NCBI GenBank assembly: GCA_963707915.1
Contig: OY970178.1
Location: forward strand, 1,728,001-1,792,000
DNA: 64,000 bases
Direction of reading: 5' to 3'
Source of the DNA: Candidatus Eiseniibacteriota bacterium
GTDB lineage: Bacteria > Eisenbacteria > RBG-16-71-46
The notes beneath the pieces were generated by a model, which did no database searches, was not told the origin of the DNA, and was given only the letters and a program-made list of their open reading frames with translations. A program made the position numbers and the translations under genes. This document shows, piece by piece, positions 25,523 through 36,404 of the stretch (position 1 is its first letter; each line of letters begins with the position of its first letter).

Positions 25523-28015
25523 CTACTTCCCCCCCGCGTGCGCCGCCAGCTCCTCGGCGGTCCGGTCGCGCATCGCCAGCGCGCCGGTGAAGCACTTCTG
25601 CGCGCACAGGCTGCAGCCGATGCACCGGGAGGCGTCGAAGCGCGGCAGCCGGTCCTGGCCCAGGCCCACGGCGAGGTAGCCGCAGCGCGTGCAGTTGCCG
25701 CACGAGACGCAGAGTTCCTTCGTGAGCGCGGGGATGCGAAGCGTGGGCGACAGCGCCATGAAGTCGACGACCGGGTTCGGCAGCGCGCGGCCGATCAGCT
25801 CTTCGACCGAGCGGATGCCGCGCGCCTGCATCAGGTGCGAGAGCCCCGAGTGCAGCTCGCCGACGATGCCGACGCCGTACTTCATCGCCACCGTGCAGAA
25901 CTGGACCGTCCGCGCGCCCAGCGCGAGGAAGTGCGCGGCCGAGCGGTAGTCCATCGGCCCGCCGTTGCCCGAGACGGTCACGCCCAGGTGCCCGACCGAG
26001 GCCAGCGACAGGTTCGAGATGGGTGCGACGCCGGCGCCGCTCATGCCGACCACGATGCCCTCGTCCCACTCCTGCTTCTTCCCCGGCCGGAAGAACAGCG
26101 TCGGGAAGGAGTTCGCGAGCGTGACCCCGGCCTGCTTCTGCGGGTACTTCTCCAGCACCTGCTTCACCGCCCGCACGATGACCTCGACCGAGGTCACCGC
26201 GCCGGTGAGCTTGAAGAGCTTGGGCACCCGCGGGTCGCCGGTCTCCATGATCCAGTCGACGACCTTGGCGGTGACCGCGGCCGACTGCGAGACGATGGCG
26301 CCCTCGGTGCCGTCGCCGCCCTGCGGGCACGAGAGGCTGAATTCCACCAACTGGGCGCCGGCGCGTTCGAGCTTGCGGCTGTTGGCCTGCCAGACGAGCC
26401 GGTCCTCGGCGTCGTGGCCCGAGACCGGGCCGCCGGTGGAGGCACCGATCAGGCGGTCCGGGTACTCCTTCACCAGCTGCGCCACCTCGTGGCAGACCCG
26501 GTCGAGCGGGTGGTCCGAGACGTTGTCGGAATTGCCGTAGGTCTCGCTGTCGAAGGCGTGCATGTAGTCGGCCGGGATGTGGACGGGCAGGCCGTCGAAG
26601 GCGGTCTTCATGATGCCGCCGGCCCACCCCGCGTCGAGCGCCTTCTTCATCTGTTCGTAGCCGTCAGTCGGCGGGGCGGCCGAGAGCAGGAACGGCGAGA
26701 GGATGCGGCGCCCGAAGAAGTCGGTCTCCAGCGACACCGGTACGTCGTCGTAGCCGGGCACCCGCACGCGGCCCTTGGTCGGCTTGTCGATCCCCGGCGC
26801 CGGCTGCCGGCGGATCCACGCGTCGATCTGGAGCGCGGCGTTCTTGCCCGAGGCCGAGGCCTCGACCACGGTCGAGGGGCCCCAGGCGCCGTCGCCCGCC
26901 GTGAACACGCCCTCGCGGCCGTCGCTCCTGAGCCCGGCGCGGTTGCCGATGGCGACGATCACCTGCGTGATCCCCGGCAGCGTCTGCTCGGTGCCGGCGA
27001 CCGGGGTCATCTTCGACGGGTGGAACGCCTCGCCCGCGGCGAGGGCCACGCGCTGGAGGCGCACGCCGCTCACCGCACCGCCCGCGGCCAGCACGGCCGT
27101 GACGCGCGTGCGGCCCACCAGGTTCACCGGGTGCTCCCGCAGCTCCCGGCGCTCCTTGGGCGTCAGCGGCAGCTCGCTCCACTGCTCGAGCGTGATCATC
27201 TCCACGCCGGTCGCACCGCGCGCGAGCGCCGTGGTGGCGCAGTCGCAGGCGATCGCGCCGCCGCCGACCACGACGACCCGCCCGGTCGACGGCCAGCGCG
27301 CGGGGTCGGCCAGGTAGGCGTTGCCCGGCACCGCGAGCGCTTCGCCCTCGATGCCGAGCGCGATGGGCTGGTGGAGCCCGCCGGCCAGCAGCACGGCGGC
27401 GTAGCCCTGCGCGAGCAGCGCGCCGAAGTCGTCCACCGGGCGGCCGGGGTGCAGTCGGACGCGCGGGTGCTGGAGCAGCCAGGCGATGTCGGTGTCGAGC
27501 ACGGCCGGGTCCATGCGGTGCGCGGGGATGGTCCGGACCGCGCCTCCGGGCTTCGCCTGCCGGTCGAGGACGTCCACCGCGTAGCCCATCTGCGCCAGCA
27601 CCAGCGCGGCCGCGAGGCCCGCGGCGCCCGAGCCGACGATGGCGACCTGCTTCCCGTTGGCGGGCGTCAGGTCGAGCTTCGGCATCACGCCCAGCGCCTT
27701 CGCGCGCGCCACGATCGCCGCCTGCACGTAGGGGATCTCGATGGCGTGGTCGAAGAGCTTGCGCGAGCACGCCGCCTGGCAGTGCGTGTCCGGGCAGACC
27801 GCGCCGCAGACCCCGCCGAGCGGGTTCTTGGTCATGATGAGCGCCGCCGAGCGCGCGAAGTCCGCCGGGGTGCCGCCCTTCGCGGCCATGATGAAGTCGG
27901 CCGGCGAACAGTCGGCCGGGCACGCCTCGGTGCACGGCTTCTCCTCGCAGTAGACGCAGCGCGCGATCTCGGAGGCCAGCTGGGCGTCGGTCAGGAACAG
28001 GTCCAGGTGCTTCAC
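25523..28015 (-). CDS. Fused dihydropyrimidine dehydrogenase-like enzyme (PreT/GltD-like plus PreA/DHODH-like plus 2x[4Fe-4S])
   Basis: CVYCEEKPCTEACP, NPLGGVCGAVCP, GSGAAG, GGGAIACD, then SPFLLSAAPPTD, SLSCPQ, VSGNGG, VQFCT, CVSCGNC, CIGCSLCAQKC. Confidence 0.85.
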   Translation of the reverse strand: MKHLDLFLTDAQLASEIARCVYCEEKPCTEACPADCSPADFIMAAKGGTPADFARSAALIMTKNPLGGVCGAVCPDTHCQAACSRKLFDHAIEIPYVQAAIVARAKALGVMPKLDLTPANGKQVAIVGSGAAGLAAALVLAQMGYAVDVLDRQAKPGGAVRTIPAHRMDPAVLDTDIAWLLQHPRVRLHPGRPVDDFGALLAQGYAAVLLAGGLHQPIALGIEGEALAVPGNAYLADPARWPSTGRVVVVGGGAIACDCATTALARGATGVEMITLEQWSELPLTPKERRELREHPVNLVGRTRVTAVLAAGGAVSGVRLQRVALAAGEAFHPSKMTPVAGTEQTLPGITQVIVAIGNRAGLRSDGREGVFTAGDGAWGPSTVVEASASGKNAALQIDAWIRRQPAPGIDKPTKGRVRVPGYDDVPVSLETDFFGRRILSPFLLSAAPPTDGYEQMKKALDAGWAGGIMKTAFDGLPVHIPADYMHAFDSETYGNSDNVSDHPLDRVCHEVAQLVKEYPDRLIGASTGGPVSGHDAEDRLVWQANSRKLERAGAQLVEFSLSCPQGGDGTEGAIVSQSAAVTAKVVDWIMETGDPRVPKLFKLTGAVTSVEVIVRAVKQVLEKYPQKQAGVTLANSFPTLFFRPGKKQEWDEGIVVGMSGAGVAPISNLSLASVGHLGVTVSGNGGPMDYRSAAHFLALGARTVQFCTVAMKYGVGIVGELHSGLSHLMQARGIRSVEELIGRALPNPVVDFMALSPTLRIPALTKELCVSCGNCTRCGYLAVGLGQDRLPRFDASRCIGCSLCAQKCFTGALAMRDRTAEELAAHAGGK

Positions 28016-28346
28016 GGCGGGTTCTCCCTGTGGGGGTCAGCCCGGCGGACCGCGGGCACCCAGGCAAGGCGTGGGGCGGGCGGACGCGGGGCGCGGATCA
28101 TTCGGTACGATGCGCCGGCGGTTCGAGCGCGACGCGCCCACGAGCGGGGGACGTCGTCGCGGGGAGTCTACGCGATTCCCGGGCCGCGGGGCGAGCCGGC
28201 CCCGCGCGGTCGCGCCCGCCTGGACCGGCCGGCATGGTCCGATGGTCGCATCGTCGCGGGCACGGCCGAGTCGGGTTCGTCCATCGCGGGGCGCGCCGGC
28301 AGCGGGCGAAGACCGTGCTCGCGCCGCCGCGGTCCAGGAAACCACC

Positions 28347-28376
28347 TTGACACGGGAGCGAACCAGCCCTCACAAT
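28347..28376 (+). promoter_or_regulatory. Sigma70-type promoter of the trp operon
   Basis: TTGACA (28347-28352), 18-nt spacer, CACAAT (28371-28376), then 6 nt to the leader ATG. Confidence 0.7.
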
Positions 28377-28382
28377 CCTTGC

Positions 28383-28469
28383 ATGCGAAACGACGCTCCC
28401 GTCACTTCCACCCGTTCCTGGGTCTGGTGGTGGCCGACCTCCCTGGAGGTGCGGCGGCGGGATCGTTAG
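28383..28469 (+). CDS. trpL: trp operon leader peptide MRNDAPVTSTRSWVWWWPTSLEVRRRDR
   Basis: 28-aa ORF with 4 Trp codons (W-V-W-W-W) directly upstream of a terminator and trpE. Confidence 0.88.
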   Translation: MRNDAPVTSTRSWVWWWPTSLEVRRRDR

Positions 28470-28493
28470 CGCAGGCTGACTGAACCGACCCAA

Positions 28494-28524
28494 CCCACTT
28501 CCGGGCGACCGGGGGTGGGCTTTT
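28494..28524 (+). terminator. trp attenuator (intrinsic terminator)
   Basis: CCCACTTCCGG-GCGA-CCGGGGGTGGG hairpin followed by CTTTT. Its 5' arm CACTTCC can instead pair with GGAGGTG in the leader ORF (antiterminator). Confidence 0.82.
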
Positions 28525-28570
28525 CGCTTCCATCCGCCCTCGGTCGCGCTTCCAGCGAACCGAGGAACCG

Positions 28571-29957
28571 ATGAAGCCTCCCTTCGACATCGCGGCCGAT
28601 CTCGACACGCCGGTCTCGGCGTTCCTCAAGCTGAGCCCCTTCGGGCCGCGCCTGCTGCTGGAGAGCGTCGAGCGCGGCGAGACCCTCGGCCGCTACTCCT
28701 TCATCGGATTCGGCGGCGGCAGCGACCTCGTGATCGACGAGCACACGCTGCGCGCGGACGGCGTCACCGGGCCCGCCCCGCGCGGGCGCGCGGAGCTGCT
28801 GGCGGCGCTGCGGGCCGCGCTCGCGCGCGCGCCGCGCCCGGGACCGGCGGTGCCGTGGCTGCCGTTCCAGGGCGGGCTGGTCGGGGTCGCGGCCTACGAC
28901 CTGGTGCGCCAGTTCGAGCGGCTGGCGCCGCGCACCCCGGCACGCGACGGCGAGCCGCTGGCCGCCTTCGTCGCCCCGCGCTCGCTGCTGGTGTTCGACC
29001 ACGCCACCCGGCGCGTCGCGCTGCTGCACGCCGGCGACGAGGCCGAGCGCCGCTCCCTGCGCGGCGAGGTGATCGAGGCGTTGCGCGGGCCGCTGCCCGC
29101 GCTGCCGCGCGGCGGCACCCACGGGCCCGCCACGCCGAGCCTCGCGGCGGACGAGTTCCGCGCCGCGGTCGTCAGGGGGAAGGACCACATCCGCGCCGGC
29201 GACGTCTTCCAGCTGGTGCTGGCGACGCGCTTCGAGGGCGAGACCGACCTCGATCCGTTCGCCGTCTACCGCGCGCTGCGCCTGACCAACCCCTCCCCCT
29301 ACATGTACTACCTCGACCTGGGCGGCGTGCGGCTGGTCGGCTCTTCGCCCGAGGCGCTGGTGCGGCTCGAGGGCCGCACCGCCGCGCTGCGCCCCATCGC
29401 CGGCACACGCCCGCGCGGCGGCGACGACGCACAGGACCAGCGGCTCGCGGCCGAGCTGGAGGCCGACCCCAAGGAGGCCGCCGAGCACGTGATGCTCGTC
29501 GACCTGGCGCGCAACGACCTCGGCCGTGTCGCCACGCCGGGATCGATCCGGGTCGAGCCGTTCCGCGCGGTCGAGCGCTACAGCCACGTGATGCACCTGG
29601 TGAGCGGCGTGACCGGGATGCTCGCGCCGGAGTTCGACGCCTTCGACCTGTTCGCCGCCTCCTTCCCCGCCGGCACGGTGACCGGCGCGCCCAAGGTACG
29701 CGCCATGGAACTGATCGACGAGCTGGAGCCGGTGCGCCGCGGGCTCTACGCCGGCACGGTCGGCTACTTCGGCCTGGGCGGGTCGATGGACCAGGCGATC
29801 GCCATCCGCACGCTGGTGTTCGGCGGCGGCCGCTACGCGTTCCAGGCCGGGGCGGGCATCGTCGCCGACAGCGTGCCCGAGCGCGAGCACGCCGAGGTGA
29901 TGGCCAAGGGCGCGGCGCTCGACCGCCGCGCTGCGCCTGGCCGAGGAGGGACTGTGA
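28571..29957 (+). CDS. trpE: Anthranilate synthase component I (extra base near 29921 hides the true stop)
   Basis: DLDTPVS, LLESVE, GRYSFIG, NPSPYMYY, PIAGTRPRG, EHVMLVDLARNDLG, FPAGTVTGAPK. Removing one base gives ..AALRLAEEGL* overlapping the trpG GTG. Confidence 0.92.
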
Positions 29958-30545
29958 ACCGCCACGTGCTGCTGGTCGACAACTACGACTCCTTCAGCTT
30001 CAACCTGGTCCAGGCCCTGCGCGTCCTCGGCGCACAGGTGACGGTGCGGCGCAACGACGAGATCGACCTGGCCGCGGCCCGCGCGCTGGCGCCGACCCAC
30101 CTCGTGGTGTCGCCCGGCCCCGGCCGCCCGGAGGACGCGGGCCGGTCGATGGCGCTGATCGAGGACGCGCTCGGGCGCATGCCGGTGCTGGGCGTGTGCC
30201 TCGGGCACCAGGCGCTGGCCGCGGTGCTGGGCGGCACCGTGGGCCCGGCGCGGCATGCTGTGCCACGGCAAGGCCTCGGCGGTCTACCACGACTCGCGCA
30301 CCATCTACCAGGGGCTGCCGAGCCCGTTCCCCGCCGGGCGCTACCATTCGCTCGCGGTGGCCGAGGAGGGGCTGCCGGCCGACCTGGCCATCAGCGCCTA
30401 CACCTCCGACGGCGAGATCATGGGCCTCCGGCACCGGCGCTGCGCGGCCGAGGGCGTGCAGTTCCACCCGGAGAGCGTGCTCACGCCGCACGGCGCGCAA
30501 TTGCTCGCCAACTTCCTCGAGACCGCGGAAGGAGACCCGTCGTGA
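29954..30545 (+). CDS. trpG: Anthranilate synthase component II (glutamine amidotransferase), +1 frameshift near 30257
   Basis: VDNYDSF, SPGPG and GVCLGHQ in the first frame; HGKAS, RYHSL and GVQFHPES in the second. Confidence 0.9.
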
Positions 30546-31552
30546 AGGCGTCGCTGGAGCGGCTGGTCGGCGGCCACGACCTGGCCGAGTCGGAAGCGGC
30601 GGACCTGCTCGCCGCGCTCGCCGCGGACGACTGCCCGCCGGCGATGGCCGGGGCGGTGCTGGCCGCGCTGCGCGCCAAGGGCGAGACCGCCGACGAGCTG
30701 CGCGGCTTCGCGCGCGCGATGCGGCGGCTGGCGCTGCGGCCGGGGCTGCCCGCGGGCAGCCCGCTGGTGGACACCTGCGGGACCGGCGGCGACGACTCCG
30801 GCAGCCTCAACCTCTCGACCGGCGCGGCCCTGCTGGTGAGCGCGTGCGGACTGCGCGTCGCCAAGCACGGCAACCGGTCGGTCTCGAGCCGCACCGGCAG
30901 CGCCGACGTGCTCGAGGCGCTCGGGCTCGGGTTGCCGGCGGCCGGCGGGGCGGCCGGCGAGCTGCTGGCGCGCACCGGGTTCACCTTCCTGTTCGCGCCG
31001 CATTTCCACCCGGCCATGAAGGTGCTGGCGCCGGTGCGCCGCTCGCTCGGCATCCGCACGGTCTTCAACATGCTCGGTCCGCTCACCAACCCCGCCGAAC
31101 CCCCGTACCAGCTGGTGGGCGCCTTCTCGCCGCACGCCGCCGGGCTGATCGCGGAGTCGCTCGCCGGGCTCGTCACCGGGCGGGCATTCGTGGTGCACGG
31201 CAGCCACGGCTGGGACGAGGCCACCCCGGTCGGGCCGTTCCAGCTCTTCGACGTGCGCCCCGGCGGGGTCACGCGCGAGGAGCGCGACCCGGCCGACTAC
31301 GGCGTACCGCGCTGCCGCCCCGCGGACCTGGCCGGCGACGGCGCGGCCTCGAACGCGGCCGCGCTCACCGCGGCGCTCTCGGGCCAGCGCGGCGCCCACC
31401 GCGACGCGCTGGTGCTGGGCGCCGCGCTGGTGCTCGAGCTCACCGGCACGGAGCGCGTGCCGCGCGCGGCCGCCGCCCGCGCCGCCGCCGCCATCGACGA
31501 GGGCCACGCCGCCGCCCTGCTCGCCCGGCTGCGCGGAGCCCCCGATGCGTGA
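30542..31552 (+). CDS. trpD: Anthranilate phosphoribosyltransferase
   Basis: KGET, DTCGTGGD, NLST, KHGNRSVSSRTGSAD, RTVFNMLGPLTNP, HGWDE. GTGA overlap with trpG. Confidence 0.93.
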   Translation: MKASLERLVGGHDLAESEAADLLAALAADDCPPAMAGAVLAALRAKGETADELRGFARAMRRLALRPGLPAGSPLVDTCGTGGDDSGSLNLSTGAALLVSACGLRVAKHGNRSVSSRTGSADVLEALGLGLPAAGGAAGELLARTGFTFLFAPHFHPAMKVLAPVRRSLGIRTVFNMLGPLTNPAEPPYQLVGAFSPHAAGLIAESLAGLVTGRAFVVHGSHGWDEATPVGPFQLFDVRPGGVTREERDPADYGVPRCRPADLAGDGAASNAAALTAALSGQRGAHRDALVLGAALVLELTGTERVPRAAAARAAAAIDEGHAAALLARLRGAPDA

Positions 31553-33044
31553 CTTCCTCCAGGCGATGGCGCGCTCGAGCGCCGGCCGCGCGGCCGCCGC
31601 GCGGGCCCGGGAGCCCGAGGCGGCGCTGCGTCGTCGCGCCCTCGCAGCGCCGCCGGCGCCGGCGCTGCGCCTCCACCCGTCGGGCTTCGACCTCGTCGCC
31701 GAGATCAAGCACCGCTCGCCGTCCGCGGGGCGGCTCGCGCCCGCGGGCGCCGAGGACCGCATCGAGGCGCGCGCGCTGGCCTGCGCCCGCGGCGGCGCGG
31801 CCGCCGTGTCGGTGCTCACCGAGCCGGACGCGTTCGACGGCGCGCTCGAGCACCTCGCCCGGGCGGCGCGAGTGCTCCCCGTGCCGGCGCTGCGCAAGGA
31901 CTTCCTGGTCGATCCCTACCAGGTGCTCGAGGCGCGCGCCGCGGGCGCGGGCGGCGTGCTGCTGGTCCTGCGCATCGTGGACGACGCGCAGGCGCACGCG
32001 CTGCTCGACGCCGCCGGCGAGACCGGGATGTTCGTGCTGCTGGAGACGTTCGACGCCGCGGACCTCGACCGCGCCGGCGCGCTGCTGGCGGCCCGCGCGC
32101 GGACCGGCGCGGGCCCCGCTCCCGACCTGCTGCTGGGCGTGAACAGCCGGGACCTGCGGGACCTCTCCAGCGACCGCGAGCGTCACGCGCGGCTCGCCGG
32201 ACGCATCCCCGCGGGGCCGCCGCGCGTGGCCGAGAGCGGCATCGCCGACGCCGACGCCGTGCGGCGCGCGGTGCGCCACGGCTACCGGCTGGCGCTGGTC
32301 GGCGAGGCGCTGATGCGCGCGGCCGACCCGGGCGCGGAGACCGCGCGGCTGCTCGAAGCGGGCCGGGCCGAGGCGGCGGCCGTCGCGGCCGCGCCGCGGC
32401 TCGGCGTCAAGATCTGCGGCGTACGGGACACCGACACCCTCGCGGCCGCGGCCGCGGCCGGGGCCGACGCCGTCGGCTTCGTGTTCGCGCCCTCGCCGCG
32501 GCGCCTCACTCCCGCCGCCGCGGAGCGGCTGGCGGACCGGGCGCCCGCCGCGCTCGAGCGGGTCGGCGTGTTCGCCGACGAGTTGCCGCCGTTCGCGGCC
32601 GGCCTGCTGCGCGACGGCGTGATCCACGCGGTGCAGGCGGACGCCGCGGCGCTCGACCGGCTCGGCGACGACGTGCCCGCGGCGCGGCGCCTGCCGGTGT
32701 TCCACGACGGCGACGGCGCGGAGGCCGCGGTCACCGCGCTGCTGGCGCGCGGGCCGCTGCCCTCGCGCCTGCTGTTCGAAGGGCGCGCCAGCGGCCGCGG
32801 CCTGTCGCCCGACTGGGACCGCGCGGCGCGGCTCGCCGCCCGCGTGCGGCTGGTGCTGGCGGGCGGTCTCTCGCCGGACAACGTCGCCGCGGCGGTGCGT
32901 CGCGTGCGCCCCGCCATGGTGGACGTCTCGAGCGGCGTCGAGTCCGCGCCGGGAGTGAAGGATCCCGCCCGCATCCGCGCCTTCGTGGCGGCCGCGCGGG
33001 CCGCACACGCGACCCCAGCCGAAGCCGGCGAGGAGCGCTCATGA
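31545..33044 (+). CDS. trpCF: Bifunctional indole-3-glycerol-phosphate synthase / phosphoribosylanthranilate isomerase
   Basis: AEIKHRSPS, SVLTE, LRKDF, GVNSRDL, ESGI; then VKICG, GFVFAPSPR, LAGGLSPDNV, DVSSGVE. Confidence 0.9.
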   Translation: MRDFLQAMARSSAGRAAAARAREPEAALRRRALAAPPAPALRLHPSGFDLVAEIKHRSPSAGRLAPAGAEDRIEARALACARGGAAAVSVLTEPDAFDGALEHLARAARVLPVPALRKDFLVDPYQVLEARAAGAGGVLLVLRIVDDAQAHALLDAAGETGMFVLLETFDAADLDRAGALLAARARTGAGPAPDLLLGVNSRDLRDLSSDRERHARLAGRIPAGPPRVAESGIADADAVRRAVRHGYRLALVGEALMRAADPGAETARLLEAGRAEAAAVAAAPRLGVKICGVRDTDTLAAAAAAGADAVGFVFAPSPRRLTPAAAERLADRAPAALERVGVFADELPPFAAGLLRDGVIHAVQADAAALDRLGDDVPAARRLPVFHDGDGAEAAVTALLARGPLPSRLLFEGRASGRGLSPDWDRAARLAARVRLVLAGGLSPDNVAAAVRRVRPAMVDVSSGVESAPGVKDPARIRAFVAAARAAHATPAEAGEERS

Positions 33045-34324
33045 ACCCGCTCATGCGGATCGACGACGCCGACCGGCCCGCCCTGCTCGGCGCCCTGGTG
33101 CGCGGGGAGTTGCCCGACGAACGCGGCCGTTACGGTCCCTTCGGCGGCCGCTTCGTACCCGAGACGCTGATCCCCGCCCTGGCGCGGCTCGAGGCGGGGA
33201 TGGCGGAGGCGTTCGCGGACCCCGCGTTCACCGGGGCTCTCGAGGCCGAGCTGCGCGACTGGGTCGGGCGCCCGACCCCGCTCACGCGGGCGCGCGGGTT
33301 GTCGCGCCGCTGGGGCGCGGACGTCTGGCTCAAGCGCGAGGACCTCGCCCACACCGGGGCGCACAAGATCAACAACGCCATCGGGCAGGCCCTGCTCGCG
33401 CGACGTCTGGGGGTCGGACAGGTGGTCGCCGAGACCGGCGCCGGCCAGCACGGCGTGGCGGCCGCGGCCGCGTGCGCGCGCGTCGGGCTCCCCTGCCGCG
33501 TCTACATGGGCGCGGTGGACGTCGCGCGACAGGCGCCGAACGTGGACCGCATGCGCCGCCTCGGGGCCGAGGTCGTGCCGGTCGCGTCCGGCGACGCGAC
33601 GCTGCGCGCCGCCATCGACGAGGCGCTGCGCGACTGGGTCGCGCACCCGGAGGACACCTACTACATGCTCGGCTCCGCGGTCGGCCCGCACCCCTACCCG
33701 CGGCTGGTGCAGCGGCTCCAGTCGGTGATCGGCGAGGAGGCGCGCGCGCAGGTGCGGTCGCGCTGCGGGCGGCTGCCCGAGGCGGTCTTCGCCTGCGTGG
33801 GCGGCGGGTCGAACGCCATCGGGCTCTTCCATCCGCTGCTCGGCGACGACGCCGTGCGCCTGGTCGGCATCGAAGCCGGCGGGCGCGGCGCGGCGCTCGG
33901 CGAGCACGCGGCCACGCTCGCCCACGGCACCCCCGGCGTGCTGCACGGCAGCCACTCGCTGCTGCTGCAGGACGCGGACGGCCAGGTGATCGAGACCCAC
34001 TCGATCTCGGCGGGGCTCGACTACCCCGGCGTCGGGCCGGAGCTCGCGCTGCTGCAGGCCGTGGGGCGCATCACGTGCGAGGTCGCGACCGACGACGAGG
34101 CGCTGGCGGCGCTGGACGAGTGCTGCGCCGCCGAGGGCATCCTGCCGGCGCTCGAGTCCTCGCACGCCCTCGCCGGGGCGAAACGCTACGCCGCCGCGCA
34201 CCCGGGCGCGATGCTGCTCGTCGGGCTGTCGGGCCGCGGCGACAAGGACCTGCCGGCGCTGGACGCGCTGCGGGCGCGCGGCGCGGCCGGCGGGCGTGAC
34301 GCGACCGGGGGGGGGCCGTCATGA
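33041..34324 (+). CDS. trpB: Tryptophan synthase beta chain
   Basis: [63 protein letters not shown]. Confidence 0.96.
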   Translation: MNPLMRIDDADRPALLGALVRGELPDERGRYGPFGGRFVPETLIPALARLEAGMAEAFADPAFTGALEAELRDWVGRPTPLTRARGLSRRWGADVWLKREDLAHTGAHKINNAIGQALLARRLGVGQVVAETGAGQHGVAAAAACARVGLPCRVYMGAVDVARQAPNVDRMRRLGAEVVPVASGDATLRAAIDEALRDWVAHPEDTYYMLGSAVGPHPYPRLVQRLQSVIGEEARAQVRSRCGRLPEAVFACVGGGSNAIGLFHPLLGDDAVRLVGIEAGGRGAALGEHAATLAHGTPGVLHGSHSLLLQDADGQVIETHSISAGLDYPGVGPELALLQAVGRITCEVATDDEALAALDECCAAEGILPALESSHALAGAKRYAAAHPGAMLLVGLSGRGDKDLPALDALRARGAAGGRDATGGGPS

Positions 34325-35154
34325 GCGCGCGCGGCCGCGCGATGCCCGCCGGCGGCACGCGGCTGGAGCAGGCCATCCGCGGCGACCGGCGCACGCCGCG
34401 CCCGGCCCTCGCGGCGTTCCTGACCGCCGGCTTCCCCGACCGCGAGCGCTTCCTCGGCCTGCTCCCCACCGTCGCCGCGGCCGCGGACGTGGTCGAGGTC
34501 GGCGTGCCGTTCAGCGACCCGATGGCGGACGGGACCACGATCCAGCGGGCCAGCCGCGAGGCGCTCGCCGCGGGGACCACGCTGCGCTGGATCCTCGAGG
34601 CGCTCGCCGCGCTGGCGCCGCGCCCGCGCGCCCCGCTCGTGCTGATGAGCTACCTGAACCCGCTGCTCGCCTTCGGCCTCGAGCGGCTCCCGCGCGCGGC
34701 CGCCGCCGCGGGGATCTCGGGCGTCATCGTCCCCGACCTGCCGCTCGAGGAGAGCGCGGCGGTGCGCTCCGCCCTCGGCCCGGCCGGGATCGCGTCGATC
34801 GGGATGGTCACGCCGGTCACGCCGCCCGAGCGCCTGGAGCGGATCGGCGCGGCCAGCCAGGGCTTCACCTACGCGGTCACCATGACCGGGACGACCGGCG
34901 GCGCGGTCCCGGCGCGCGACGGGCTCTCGCACTACCTGGACCGGGCGCGCGCGGCCTCGATCGTGCCGTTGCTGGCCGGGTTCGGCATCCGCGACGCGCG
35001 GCAGGTCGCCGCACTCGCCGGCCACGTGGACGGCTTCATCGTGGGCAGCGCGCTGATCGAGGCGATCGAGGCCGGCCGCGACCCGGCAGCATTCCTCGCC
35101 GGCCTGCGTGCCGGAGCCACGCCGCACCCCGGAGACCCCGAGGAGGACGCATGA
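34321..35154 (+). CDS. trpA: Tryptophan synthase alpha chain
   Basis: [41 protein letters not shown]. Confidence 0.95.
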   Translation: MSARGRAMPAGGTRLEQAIRGDRRTPRPALAAFLTAGFPDRERFLGLLPTVAAAADVVEVGVPFSDPMADGTTIQRASREALAAGTTLRWILEALAALAPRPRAPLVLMSYLNPLLAFGLERLPRAAAAAGISGVIVPDLPLEESAAVRSALGPAGIASIGMVTPVTPPERLERIGAASQGFTYAVTMTGTTGGAVPARDGLSHYLDRARAASIVPLLAGFGIRDARQVAALAGHVDGFIVGSALIEAIEAGRDPAAFLAGLRAGATPHPGDPEEDA

Positions 35155-36191
35155 TCGCAGTGCTCGAACGCGGCTGCCCGATGCACCAGAAGGCCGAGGT
35201 CGTGCGGCTGATCGAGAGCGAGGGCCTGCGGGCGCAGGTCAGCGAGCTGGAGCACGAGACGCTGGTGGGCGTGGTCGGGCAGGCCGCCGCCTCGCTGGCG
35301 GCCCGGCTCGAGGTCCTGCCCGGCGTGCGCGAGGTGCGCATGACCGCGCCTCCGTACCCGCTCACCGCGCGCGCCTACCACCCGGCCGACAGCCGCATCC
35401 GCGTCGCGGGCGTGACCGTCGGCGGGCCCGAGATCGTCGTGGCCGCCGGCCCGTGCGCGGTCGAGGACGAGGCGCAGTTGCTGGCGACGGCGCGCTGCGT
35501 GGCCGCCGCCGGGGCGCGGCTGCTGCGCGGGGGCGCGTTCAAGCCGCGCTCCTCGCCGTACAGCTTCCAGGGCCTCGGCGAAGCCGGGCTCCGGCTGCTC
35601 GCCGCCGCCCGCGAGGAGACCGGGCTGGCGGTGGTCACCGAGGTCCTCGCCCCCGAGGACGTGGAGCTGGTGGCGCGCTACGCCGACCTGCTGCAGATCG
35701 GGGCCCGCAACATGCAGAACTTCCGGCTGCTCTCGGCGGTCGGCTCACAGCCCCGGCCGGTCCTGCTGAAGCGCGGATTGATGGCCACACTGGACGAACT
35801 GCTGCTCGCGGCGGAGTACGTCGCCGCGGCGGGCAACCCGCGCGTGATCCTGTGCGAGCGCGGGATCCGCACGTTCGAGCCGGCGACCCGCGGCACCCTC
35901 GACCTCTCGGCCGTGCCGGTGCTCAAGGAGCTGACCCACCTGCCGGTGATCGTGGACCCGAGCCACGCCGCGGGACGGCGCGAGTGGGTCCCCGCCCTCG
36001 CCCGGGCCGCGCTCGCCGCCGGCGCGGACGGCGTGATCGTGGAGGTCCACCCGGAGCCGGACCGCGCGGTCAGCGACGGCCGGCAGAGCCTGACGTTCGC
36101 GGGCTTCGAGGCGATGATGGCCGGGCTGCGTCGGGTCGCGGGGGCGCTCGACCGCACCCTCGCCGGCCCCCCGCCGCCGGCAGGCGGCTGA
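35151..36191 (+). CDS. aroF: 3-deoxy-7-phosphoheptulonate (DAHP) synthase, class I-beta with N-terminal regulatory domain
   Basis: [60 protein letters not shown]. Confidence 0.93.
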   Translation: MIAVLERGCPMHQKAEVVRLIESEGLRAQVSELEHETLVGVVGQAAASLAARLEVLPGVREVRMTAPPYPLTARAYHPADSRIRVAGVTVGGPEIVVAAGPCAVEDEAQLLATARCVAAAGARLLRGGAFKPRSSPYSFQGLGEAGLRLLAAAREETGLAVVTEVLAPEDVELVARYADLLQIGARNMQNFRLLSAVGSQPRPVLLKRGLMATLDELLLAAEYVAAAGNPRVILCERGIRTFEPATRGTLDLSAVPVLKELTHLPVIVDPSHAAGRREWVPALARAALAAGADGVIVEVHPEPDRAVSDGRQSLTFAGFEAMMAGLRRVAGALDRTLAGPPPPAGG

Positions 36192-36404
36192 CCCGTCGGA
36201 CCGCGGGCCCCGGCCGGGGCGGCCGCGGCTGAAGGACGGCCCGCGAACGCGCTATAGTCCGGGGCCCGCGGCCGGGCGTCCCCGCGGCCGTCTCTGGTAT
36301 CCTCCGCCGGTGCCGCGGCTGCGTCGGATCGTCGGGGCCATGGACGCCACGGCGCGGCGGCCGCCGAAGCCGCGCGGTGAATCGAACACGAGGGAGGGTC
36401 TGCG

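Noticed and set aside
28571..31552. 993-aa TrpE-TrpG-TrpD triple fusion in the ORF track
   Set aside because: The catalytic second half of TrpG (RYHSL, QFHPES) is out of frame. Two +1 indels combined with 4-nt gene overlaps explain the read-through.
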